NCBI GenBank assembly: GCA_965215265.1
Contig: OZ244048.1
Coordinates: forward strand, 4,384,001-4,448,000
Origin: Candidatus Poribacteria bacterium
GTDB lineage: Bacteria; Poribacteria; WGA-4E; WGA-3G
DNA: 64,000 nt
Direction: 5' to 3'
Positions 48,607-57,381 of the stretch are shown here, one piece after another. The translations under genes were made by a program, and so were the position numbers. Within the stretch, counting starts at the first letter, position 1, and each line of letters opens with the position of its first letter. The notes under the pieces were generated by a model, which made no database searches, had not been told where the DNA came from, and saw only the letters and a program-made list of their open reading frames with translations.

Positions 48607-51024
48607 TTATTGTGTGCAGATTTCACGGAGGGGTGCGTCGCGTTTTGTCCATCTGGGTATATAAGCCAAAATGAGGCCATCAATCGGGCGCGTTTTATCA
48701 GCGACGATGCCCGTGCTTTGTTCTGCGGTTACGCCCTTGGAAAGGAGTAAATAAAAGGTATCCTTTGCCCAGCCGGGGGTGGTATAGAAGTTTCCTTGCC
48801 CTTTTGAAATGACGAGTTCTGCCTGCAGCAGCATGTTCGCAAACTCAGGGGTGGCTTGATAAAGATTTGTGCCGATAGTCTTTGCGCCTGAAGAGATGAA
48901 TGTGACATCGCCAGCCATTATTGCGGTTTGGAGTTCTTCAAATTGTGGATAATTGGCTATGGTGTGCAAATCTGAGAGGGTGACATCGTTGCTGGCGTTG
49001 TCTGCTTTTCCGGCAACACAGAGCCGGTGTCCGCATTTCGCTAGTTCTTGAATGAGCGCTAAATCAAAGACGGCCTCGCCGTCGTTATCAGCGAGCCAGA
49101 GGATGTGCTTGGGTGTGCTGTCAATCACCTGTTGCTGAAATTGAGGGTAAGAGTCAATGGCAAAAGGGGTTTGAACTGCTGCTTGTAGTGCCTCCGTGAA
49201 ATAGTTCGGATTTGCTTTTAATTTTGCAATGACTCGTGCACTGCTGTAATCGATGATATTCCCTGCGACAACTAACTTCAGCCGTGTTAGCCAATCGTTT
49301 TGCCAAAAGTCTGGCAGGAGTGCCAAGGCGGTTTGACGTGCCTTGAGTTTGTCTGCGTGGTAAGGGTTTGGGTTGCCGGTGTAGAGCGCGACGATTTCAA
49401 AGATACTGCCCCAGAGTTCTTCAGGTGTGAGGCTTTCTATGAGATATGAATTATTGGCTCTTCGGAGTGCGAGGAGTGCTTTCACAGCTTCGCCGGTTAG
49501 CTGCTGCAACTGTGGTGTGCGTGTCGCGCGCGGAATGAGTTCCGCGATGCTATGTGTCTGAACGTGCTGCCGTAGATTCTGCCAATCGGGCAATTCGCGC
49601 TTCTCACCTAGGGTAAAGAGACCGGGGATATAATCCTCAGGCACGATGTCCCTAAAAACAGATGCGGGAACCCCGCTGGGCGTTTGGGCAAGTGGAACGC
49701 CTAAGGTTCTATGTGCTAAGCGTATCTCAGATGGAATGACTGTGCCATACGCCTGGATTGCTGATAATTGAACGCTGTGCCCTATCTTTACGGCATCAAA
49801 GGCGCAATTTTTAATCGAGCTGCTTGTGGAGAGTGCTTGGACGGGCCGGGCTAACGTCTCTGGGACGGGATTCGTCTCAAATATTGTATCCAGTGCGGAG
49901 ACATCTTCCAATCCGACAGCATCGCCTACCGTCGTGTTGCCGTGCAACGTGACGTTTTCAAGCCGGCAATAGTCTCCGATTTGAACGTTCTGACCGAGGT
50001 GCACTCTTCCGAGCAGATAACACCCGGTGCCGATGCCCGGTGCCTCGTTTTCCAAGGTTATTTGCGCGTCCGGATCGACGCGAACGCCTTGCTTAACGAG
50101 AGCGGAGCGGGTGTTCTCAAACAACTTGGCTTCGCCTACCAAGACGTTCGACCAACGGTTCACGCCGGAAAGCACTTGGCTTTGGTAAATGAAAGCGTTG
50201 GTTTTGAGTCCATCTTCATAACAGAGCGAGATGAGATCTACGTGGTGTAGTTCGTTGTTTCGGTTTTTGTGGGGTTTCAAGCGATGAATCCGTTCGAACA
50301 GGGCACTTTTCCGAATCAGTGTAATGCCGGTATTGGTATATGCGATGCCGCGTTCGGAGCGTCTCTGCATTTGCTGCTTTTCTGCGTTGCTCATATCGTA
50401 CCACTCTTTGGTGCAAGTGAGGCGGTCCTCGTCATCAAAGAAGAGTCCGCCCTTATCGACAACGGTCTCGGGTACTTTGCCGCAGAGCGTTACGTCTGCG
50501 CCGGAGAGGAAATGGGACAGCAAAGTCTGGCTAAAAATCGGTTTCTCTAAGAAGGGTTCATCGCCGAATGCGATGCCGACGCATTCGGCATCGGAATTGC
50601 GAAGTGCCTCGAGTGCTGCTTGCAATGCGCCGCCGGTGCCGTTCATCTCGGATTGGACGCATAAAATAGCATCTGCGCCGAACAGTTGGGCTGCTGCTTC
50701 GCGCCGTTCTGCCATCTGTGGGTTAATGACGATGATGTGGGGTAGCTGACCGGGGAGATAGCGTCGAGAGAGTTGGAGGGTGTTGTGTTGCCCGAACATG
50801 ATGTCTAATGTTTTGCTCAATCGTCCGGTGGCATCAATGCGTGTGCCTTTACCGGCGGCGAGGATTACCCACTGAGGGGTGAGTTGGCGTTTAAGCGCCT
50901 CCGCGTCAAAGTCGTCGGGTATGGTGTTAAGGAAGGTTTCTAGTGCAGAAGTGCCGATGGACATTTCTGCAAGGGTGTCGTCTATTTGACAACCGATAAC
51001 CTCTTCGAGGATGCGTGTTTTCAT
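48607..51024 (-). CDS. GlmU-like NTP transferase + left-handed beta-helix + DUF89/ARMT1-like phosphatase fusion
   Basis: ILAAGKGTR, hexapeptide repeats, GNIIDY, ADNDGEAVFD, NDVT, ISKGQGNF. Confidence 0.8.
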   Translation of the reverse strand: MKTRILEEVIGCQIDDTLAEMSIGTSALETFLNTIPDDFDAEALKRQLTPQWVILAAGKGTRIDATGRLSKTLDIMFGQHNTLQLSRRYLPGQLPHIIVINPQMAERREAAAQLFGADAILCVQSEMNGTGGALQAALEALRNSDAECVGIAFGDEPFLEKPIFSQTLLSHFLSGADVTLCGKVPETVVDKGGLFFDDEDRLTCTKEWYDMSNAEKQQMQRRSERGIAYTNTGITLIRKSALFERIHRLKPHKNRNNELHHVDLISLCYEDGLKTNAFIYQSQVLSGVNRWSNVLVGEAKLFENTRSALVKQGVRVDPDAQITLENEAPGIGTGCYLLGRVHLGQNVQIGDYCRLENVTLHGNTTVGDAVGLEDVSALDTIFETNPVPETLARPVQALSTSSSIKNCAFDAVKIGHSVQLSAIQAYGTVIPSEIRLAHRTLGVPLAQTPSGVPASVFRDIVPEDYIPGLFTLGEKRELPDWQNLRQHVQTHSIAELIPRATRTPQLQQLTGEAVKALLALRRANNSYLIESLTPEELWGSIFEIVALYTGNPNPYHADKLKARQTALALLPDFWQNDWLTRLKLVVAGNIIDYSSARVIAKLKANPNYFTEALQAAVQTPFAIDSYPQFQQQVIDSTPKHILWLADNDGEAVFDLALIQELAKCGHRLCVAGKADNASNDVTLSDLHTIANYPQFEELQTAIMAGDVTFISSGAKTIGTNLYQATPEFANMLLQAELVISKGQGNFYTTPGWAKDTFYLLLSKGVTAEQSTGIVADKTRPIDGLILAYIPRWTKRDAPLREICTQ

Positions 51025-52485
51025 TTAATCGTGTTCACCTAGTTCTGTATGGATGCGTTGAAAATGTGCGAGTGCGGTTTGTAAGTTCTCTGCGATTTCT
51101 GCGACTAAAGCCTGTGGGGGTGGGAGTTCTGTGATTTGTTCAACAGAATCGTCTTTGAGCCAAAAGATGTCAAGATTGACTTTATCGCGTTGGATGAGTT
51201 CGTCATAGGTGAATGCGCGGAAACGTTCGGTTTCAACGCGTGCGAGTCGGTTTTCCGGATGATAAGCGTCAATGAATTCGTCAAGATCAGCATCTTGCAT
51301 CGGTTTTGTCTTCAAGGTAAACCGTTTGTTGGTACGTAAGTCATAAATCCAGAGTTTGTCAGTCCAGGGTTCCTGTTGTGCGGGGCGTTTATCGAAAAAG
51401 AGGGCGTTCGCCTTGACGCCTTGTGCATAGAAGATACCGGTTGGTAACCTGAGGAGGGTGTGAACATCAAATTGGGCAAGTAGCTGCCGTCGAATTGTCT
51501 CGCCTGCCCCTGCTTCAAAGAGAACGTTGTCAGGGAAAACGACGGCGGCTCTGCCGTTCTGCTTCAAGACGGTTTTGATATGTTGAAGGAAGTTCAATTG
51601 CTTGTTTGATGTGGTTACCCAGAAGTCGTCGCGTTCATAACGGAGTGACGTTTCGCTTCGTTTGCTTGTGCCATTGCCAATTGTGATATTGCTTTTATTG
51701 CCGAAAGGGGGATTCGTTAAGATAACGTCGTAACGCATCCCGGGGTCTTTGGTGAGACTGTCGCCAGTCTCAATTGGACTTTCATTGCCGCCAATTCCAT
51801 GGAGGTATAAATTCATGACACAGAGTCGGACGTTATTGTCGACAATATCTGCGCCGCTGAAGGTATGAAACCTGAGGAATTCCTTTTCGTCACGTGTTAA
51901 CGAATAATTGTTAGCGATGTAGTCATGCGCAGCGAGAAAGAAGCCGCCGGTGCCGCACGCTGGGTCACAGATGGTTTGCCGCGGTTCGGGGTTCATGACG
52001 CGAACCATGGCTTTAATGAGTGCCCGAGGTGTAAAGTATTGCCCGGCACCGCTTTTGGTATCCTCAGCGTTTTTCTGTAGGAGCCCTTCGTAGATAGCGC
52101 CTTTTACATCCGTGGTCATGCCGCTCCAGGTTTCGGTATTGATGAGGTGTATGAGGCGTTGGAGGTTCGCGGGTTTTTGAATACGGTTTTGGGATTTTCG
52201 GAAAATGAGCCCGAGTAAGCCTGCTTTCGTGCTGAGTTCCTGAAGGATTTTCAGGTACTGTGCCTCAAGTGCCGGCCCGGTCTCGCTAAGAAGGCTTTCC
52301 CAATTTAGGCCGGTGGGGATGGTTGAGGGTTTATTGAAGGGCGGCTTGGTCTGTTCGTCGGCGAGTTTGAGGAAAAGGAGGTACGTGAGTTGTTCAACGT
52401 AATCGCCGTAGCTGACACCGTCGTCTCGGAGTACGTTACAGAAGTTCCAGAATTTCTGGACGAGTATTGTGGAGTGGTTTGGCAT
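51025..52485 (-). CDS. hsdM: Type I restriction-modification methyltransferase subunit
   Basis: YVEQLTYLLFLK, GAGQYFTPR, DPACGTGGF, NPPF. Confidence 0.96.
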   Translation of the reverse strand: MPNHSTILVQKFWNFCNVLRDDGVSYGDYVEQLTYLLFLKLADEQTKPPFNKPSTIPTGLNWESLLSETGPALEAQYLKILQELSTKAGLLGLIFRKSQNRIQKPANLQRLIHLINTETWSGMTTDVKGAIYEGLLQKNAEDTKSGAGQYFTPRALIKAMVRVMNPEPRQTICDPACGTGGFFLAAHDYIANNYSLTRDEKEFLRFHTFSGADIVDNNVRLCVMNLYLHGIGGNESPIETGDSLTKDPGMRYDVILTNPPFGNKSNITIGNGTSKRSETSLRYERDDFWVTTSNKQLNFLQHIKTVLKQNGRAAVVFPDNVLFEAGAGETIRRQLLAQFDVHTLLRLPTGIFYAQGVKANALFFDKRPAQQEPWTDKLWIYDLRTNKRFTLKTKPMQDADLDEFIDAYHPENRLARVETERFRAFTYDELIQRDKVNLDIFWLKDDSVEQITELPPPQALVAEIAENLQTALAHFQRIHTELGEHD

Positions 52486-52583
52486 AAGATGTCCTCTATG
52501 AGTTCGGTTTGGGAGCGGAGTTATTCTGTCGGTATGACGACGAGTTCATTGGCATCAGCCAATTCCTGTAGAATTTCATTCCG

Positions 52584-52700
52584 GTCTTCGAGGAACTTGC
52601 GAAAAAAGTGATTGAAGAATCATAACCTAAGTCATCTCCGACGAGATTTACACGCGAGTTGTCAATACCTAAGCGTTGATGGTACGGAGATATACGAAAA
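52584..52700 (+). repeat. ~87-bp repeat copy with parent-gene tail (VFEELAKKVIEES*)
   Basis: Same core; coding-like upstream extension. Confidence 0.9.
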
Positions 52701-52940
52701 TTTGTCAACGGGAATCGGTTTAAGATTCGCAGGTAGCGGATGTTGTTCGGTTTCTGGAATGACTTCAAGATTATTTTCATATATCCCACACTTCACTTTC
52801 AGTAAGTGAGGAGGTGCGATAGACAGAAATCTCATTAGGATGCTTTTTCGGTGGAATGAATGCTCCATATTTGACTCTGTTTTTCTGAGGAGAAAAGTTA
52901 CTTTAACATAAACTGATGATAGAATGCGTGCATTGCTAGT

Positions 52941-53336
52941 TTATTCCTGATAGATGAGGCGCAACATGAGCAAAAAATCGCGGAGTGGTGCGAGGCTTGA
53001 TAGTTTTGACAAGGAACAGGTCTCTTTAATTTTTCTATCCGCTCCTAGAGCCGCGTTATAGGTGACTTTATTGTCTCCGTATATGCTTATGATGCCGATT
53101 CCTTTTCCTTTCTCAGTGCACCATTCAAACCCGATTCCTCCGTCTTCGAGCCACATGATGTGCGGCATTGGGCTGAAAGCCTGCAGCATATTTAATAAAA
53201 AACGTGCTTGGGTGTAAGCCGATTCCGGAACAAATTCAGTCTCGCTATCCAATTTACAGGCTTCCTCAACCTCTTGGCGTATCTCTTCTAGTTGTTCTTC
53301 CACTTCTCGGGTTGTAAATTTTGCGAATGTCATCAT
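52941..53336 (-). CDS. Hypothetical protein
   Basis: 131 aa ORF overlapping the upstream stop (ATGA); EDGGIGFEW motif. Confidence 0.65.
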   Translation of the reverse strand: MMTFAKFTTREVEEQLEEIRQEVEEACKLDSETEFVPESAYTQARFLLNMLQAFSPMPHIMWLEDGGIGFEWCTEKGKGIGIISIYGDNKVTYNAALGADRKIKETCSLSKLSSLAPLRDFLLMLRLIYQE

Positions 53337-53860
53337 TGGTTATTTTTTTTACTTTTTTTCCAGATATGCACGTCATGGTGCGGGATATCAAATGGGAATT
53401 CGCCGTACTCCAGCAGCGGTGTACCGTCGGTATCTGTTTTGAAAACAAGGTGGAGTCGATGCGGCTTGACGCTGGTATCGACGCGTTCAAGGAACAGGAG
53501 TTGTGTGCCGTCGTGGGTTATGATGTTCACTTTCGTCCATGGTACGCCGTCTGCGCCGGTATATGTGCCTTCTGAGCGTGTGGTTTGATGCGGCGGGTCT
53601 GGCGGCAAGACGAAAAGAGCTCCTGCCTTAAATATAGAATTCGGATGGCTAACTTCCACGATTTGCCAAGTTCCCAGGACCGGTACCTCAACGCCGTTCT
53701 GATCGACAACCCAAGCGGTACTGTCTTCAATTTTTCCGGAGGGTTCAGTTGATGTCGGAGGTTGTAGGGCTCTCTGTGCTCGTTCGCAGGACAGAAACCC
53801 GGTGGAAAGAACGGTAATTGTAAATAGACAGATTAGTTTTTTTACTTTTCTGATATTCAC
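53333..53860 (-). CDS. Putative lipoprotein
   Basis: Basic N-terminus, hydrophobic stretch, FLSC lipobox. Confidence 0.7.
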   Translation of the reverse strand: MNIRKVKKLICLFTITVLSTGFLSCERAQRALQPPTSTEPSGKIEDSTAWVVDQNGVEVPVLGTWQIVEVSHPNSIFKAGALFVLPPDPPHQTTRSEGTYTGADGVPWTKVNIITHDGTQLLFLERVDTSVKPHRLHLVFKTDTDGTPLLEYGEFPFDIPHHDVHIWKKSKKNNQ

Positions 53861-53986
53861 GGTGTCGCCTTTCTAGGTTTTGAATGTACGTTAATTCGTT
53901 TTATTTTTGCGGGCCTGTCCGAACTATCTATAAGTTCTCTACTATTATAATGTATTTGCTAAGATTTGTCAAGATGGATTTCGCTC

Positions 53987-54060
53987 CTCATTTCCGCCCG
54001 ATTTTTAGCATGGTTGAGAATATAGTTGTTATGGGTTGCGGTTTGTGTGAGGCAGTCAAA
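53987..54060. repeat. ~73-bp direct repeat, copy 1
   Basis: Matches 60547-60619 with 2 substitutions and 1 indel. Confidence 0.9.
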
Positions 54061-54165
54061 TGCAATTTTTTCAATTCTATGGCTTTGTCAAAATCCGCTG
54101 TTGACCGAAGGCGGACTTCGCCTTGCCGCGATTGTAAATGGGAAAAAATAGTGTGTTTTTGCCCG

Positions 54166-54331
54166 ATGCCATTCACGAAAAGTTTCACGAGAGATTTTGG
54201 CGAAAGTAGACTACCAGTGCGTTCAGAAGATCCAGAATCGGTTTTTTCGTGAAACTGGCTTCTGTGGTAACTTCCGATGTTTGGCTTCAAAGTATGCCAT
54301 TCACGAAAAGTTTTACGAGAGATTTTCGCGA
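54166..54331. repeat. Two ~38-bp direct repeats 128 bp apart
   Basis: atgccattcacgaaaagtttyacgagagattttsgcga at 54166 and 54294. Confidence 0.8.
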
Positions 54332-54459
54332 GAAGCGACTTTCACACATCGTGAGCTAGCTGCCGCAGCCGCTCTGAATTTCCACCCAAAGTGCTGAAAA
54401 GGGGCTGCTGATTATGTATAGAGAAAAGAAAGCCCTCTTGCGCTTGAATAGCGAAAACC

Positions 54460-55038
54460 TTACTTGCGTATGAACATCTTGCGTGTAGCGGTGAAGTCCC
54501 CTGCGGTGAGCGTGTAGAAGTAGACACCGCTCGCTACCGGCTCACCGACGGCGTTTCTGCCATCCCAATACGCTGCGCGTGCACGAGCTCGGTAAAACCC
54601 CGCCTGCTGATGCCCGAGCGCCAGTGTTCGGACGAGCGTGCCGTGGGCGGAATAGATATGCACTGTCACGTCTGCCGGTTTTTCCAACTGATACGGCATC
54701 CACGTCTCGGGGTTGAACGGGTTGGGGAAGTTTGGCAAAAGGGCGTTCTCTTGCGGTGTGAGTGCGGCGAGGAGCTGCTCGAGGACCGCAAGCCCGCGCT
54801 GGACACCCGCGTCTGTGAGATTCAGCTGCCGTGCTTCAGTGAGCCAGTGCTGCACTTCTGCGCGCATCAGCGCCTGGCCCTGCTGTCCTGCTGCCGGGGC
54901 TGCCGGTGCTTTCCCGAATGCCGCCGCTACGAGCGTGAGATCCAGGATATTGACGAGTTCATCGGCGTTGACATCTGCACGGTTCTCGCCTGTCTCCCCG
55001 AACGCTGCGGCGACTAAAACGAGGTCTTGAATGTTCAC
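54460..55038 (-). CDS. Dockerin-like + FlgD-Ig C-terminal module (frameshifted tail of the WD40 gene)
   Basis: DVNADELVNILDL, LLPNFPNPFNPETW, YWDGRN, VASGVYFY. Confidence 0.8.
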   Translation of the reverse strand: MNIQDLVLVAAAFGETGENRADVNADELVNILDLTLVAAAFGKAPAAPAAGQQGQALMRAEVQHWLTEARQLNLTDAGVQRGLAVLEQLLAALTPQENALLPNFPNPFNPETWMPYQLEKPADVTVHIYSAHGTLVRTLALGHQQAGFYRARARAAYWDGRNAVGEPVASGVYFYTLTAGDFTATRKMFIRK

Positions 55039-56951
55039 AACCCATCGCCGTTGATGTCCTCCGCTGCAGCAGGGGCAGTAGGAGGACGGAGGTCCCAGAG
55101 CAGCACGGTGCCGTCACCACTCCCACTTGCGAGTGCACTGCCGTCTGGGCTGAACACTACGCTCCAGACAATATCCGTATGTCCAGTGAGAGTTTTAAGG
55201 GGTTCGCCTGTGGTGGCATCCCAGAGCCGAACGGTCTTGTCCCCACTCGCGCTGGCGAGATACCGGCCATCTCTGCTGAACGCTACGCTACTGACAGTCC
55301 CGGTATGCCCAGTGAGTGTTTTGACGGTTTTGCCTGTCTCCACATCCCAGAGCCGAACGGTCTTGTCCCCACTCGCGCTGGCGAGATACCGGCCATCTCC
55401 GCTGAACACTACGCTACTGACAGCCCACTTATGCCCAGTGAGTGTTTTGACGGTTTTGCCTGTCTCCACATCCCAGAGCCGAATGGTGTTGTCCCAACTC
55501 CCACTTGCGAGCGTGCGGCCATCTCCGCTGAACGCTACGCTCAAGACAGCATCCGTATGCCCGTTGAAAGTGCGTATTGTTTCGCCCGTGGTAAAATCCC
55601 ATACACGAACCGTGAGGTCCCCGCTCCCGCTAGCGAGAGACGTGCCATCTGGGCTAAACGACAAGCTACTGACAGGAGCTGCATGCCTAGTGAAAGCACG
55701 GATGTGTTCGCCTGTCTCTATATTCCACAGCCTAAAAGTCCAGTCCCCACTCGCGCTGGCGAGGTGTTCGCCAGCGAGGCTAAATGCTACGCTCAAGACA
55801 TCACGCGTATGTCTAGTGAAAGTGCGTATTGTTTCACCTGTGTTGACATCCCACAGCCGAACGGTTGCGTCCCAACGTCCTCCGCCGGTGGCGATGTGTG
55901 CGCCATCTGGACTAAACGACATGCTCCTGACAGTATGCGTATGCCCGTTGAAAGTGTGAAGGGTGTCACCTGTCTCTATATTCCAGAGCCGAACGGTCGC
56001 GTCATAACTCCCGGTAGCGATGTGTGCGCCATCGGGGCTAAACGCGACGCTCATGACGGGAGCCGTATGCCCGCTGAAAGTGTGGATTGTTTCGCCTGTA
56101 TTGACATCCCACAGTTGAACGGTCGCGTCATAACTCCCGGTGGCGATGTGTGCGCCATCGGGGCTAAACACCACGCTCATGACAATATCCGTATGCCCGT
56201 TGAAAGTGTGGATTGTTTCGCCTGTGTTGACATCCCACAGCCGAACGGTCGTGTCATAACTCCCGGTGGCGATGTGTGCGCCATCGGGGCTAAACGCGAC
56301 GCTCCTGACTAAATACTTATGTCCTTTGAAAGTATGAAGGGTGTCGCCTGTCTCTATATCCCAGAGCCGAGCACTTTTGTCCATACTTCCACTAGCAAGG
56401 TGTGTGCCATCTGGGCTAAACACCACACTCGTGACACCTGCCGTATGTCCTTTGAAAGTGCGTATTGTTTCGCCTGTGTTGACATCCCACAGCCGAATGC
56501 TTTTATCCTGACTCGCGCTAGCGAGGTGCCTGCCATCAGGGCTAAATACCACGCCCTCGACAGTCTGCGTATGCCCGTTGAAAGTGCGTATTGTTTCGCC
56601 TGTGTTGACATCCCACAGCCGAACGGTCTTGTCCCCACTCGCGCTGGCGAGAGACGTGCCATCTGGGCTAAATGCGATGCTCCAGACAACATCCGTATGG
56701 CCAATGAGCAGCTCGAGCGGTTCTTCGGTTTCCGCATTATAGAGCCAAATACCAATCCCGCCTGCTACTGCAAGACGCGACGCATCCGGCGAATACTGCA
56801 CATTTCTTATAAAGCCTTTACCGAGGCGTGCAATCGCCCCCTCCGGTAAACCCCACTGCGTCTCCGCAGGATACTGACCCGACGCAACCGGTAGGAAGGA
56901 ACTTGACACGATAAGACTTAGAAAACAGAATAACGTTAGGCGCTTTTTCAT
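55035..56951 (-). CDS. Secreted WD40-repeat protein
   Basis: Signal peptide, LPEGAIARLGKG, about 13 GH...FSPDG...LWD repeats of 126 bp. Confidence 0.93.
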   Translation of the reverse strand: MKKRLTLFCFLSLIVSSSFLPVASGQYPAETQWGLPEGAIARLGKGFIRNVQYSPDASRLAVAGGIGIWLYNAETEEPLELLIGHTDVVWSIAFSPDGTSLASASGDKTVRLWDVNTGETIRTFNGHTQTVEGVVFSPDGRHLASASQDKSIRLWDVNTGETIRTFKGHTAGVTSVVFSPDGTHLASGSMDKSARLWDIETGDTLHTFKGHKYLVRSVAFSPDGAHIATGSYDTTVRLWDVNTGETIHTFNGHTDIVMSVVFSPDGAHIATGSYDATVQLWDVNTGETIHTFSGHTAPVMSVAFSPDGAHIATGSYDATVRLWNIETGDTLHTFNGHTHTVRSMSFSPDGAHIATGGGRWDATVRLWDVNTGETIRTFTRHTRDVLSVAFSLAGEHLASASGDWTFRLWNIETGEHIRAFTRHAAPVSSLSFSPDGTSLASGSGDLTVRVWDFTTGETIRTFNGHTDAVLSVAFSGDGRTLASGSWDNTIRLWDVETGKTVKTLTGHKWAVSSVVFSGDGRYLASASGDKTVRLWDVETGKTVKTLTGHTGTVSSVAFSRDGRYLASASGDKTVRLWDATTGEPLKTLTGHTDIVWSVVFSPDGSALASGSGDGTVLLWDLRPPTAPAAAEDINGDGL

Positions 56952-57148
56952 TTGACTCTCTCCAGTCATTTTGTTTTGCCTGCATGGGTGCAAGCGGCTC
57001 TTTTTTTCGAGTTTTCCACTTGGTTCTTAAAGAAGTATACCACAGATTGTAAAAAAAGTCGATTAAGAAGCGGATGTCCTCGTTGTGCATATTATCTCCT
57101 AAAACGCGGCAGTTATCAAGTGCTTTTTTTTCAAAACTTATACTTTTT

Positions 57149-57177
57149 ATAATAACACATCCGTGAATCATTGTCAA
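57149..57177 (-). promoter_or_regulatory. Sigma70-type promoter (copy of 9693-9721)
   Basis: TTGACA-17 nt-TATTAT. Confidence 0.65.
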
Positions 57178-57210
57178 GCAGAGAGAAATCGGTATCGCCT
57201 CGAAGAGAAA

Positions 57211-57256
57211 GAGGTGTGATAGCATTCGGCACACGGCCTACTCACTATCACACCTC
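57211..57256 (-). terminator. Hairpin downstream of the triple FGE-sulfatase gene
   Basis: Identical to 9754-9799. Confidence 0.55.
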
Positions 57257-57381
57257 GGGGGTTATCTTTGGCCCATCTCGTTAAAAATTCACCCAATTTC
57301 TAACGCTTTTTTGAACTACCTGTTAAAAAAGTGTATCGATACAATCTGTATGCAGCTCGGACGGGGTAAAGGGGTAAAGAT

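Noticed and set aside
55027-56849. Long plus-strand ORFs (55027-55959, 55179-56312, 56319-56849)
   Set aside because: Antisense shadows of the WD40 repeats with no protein-like features.
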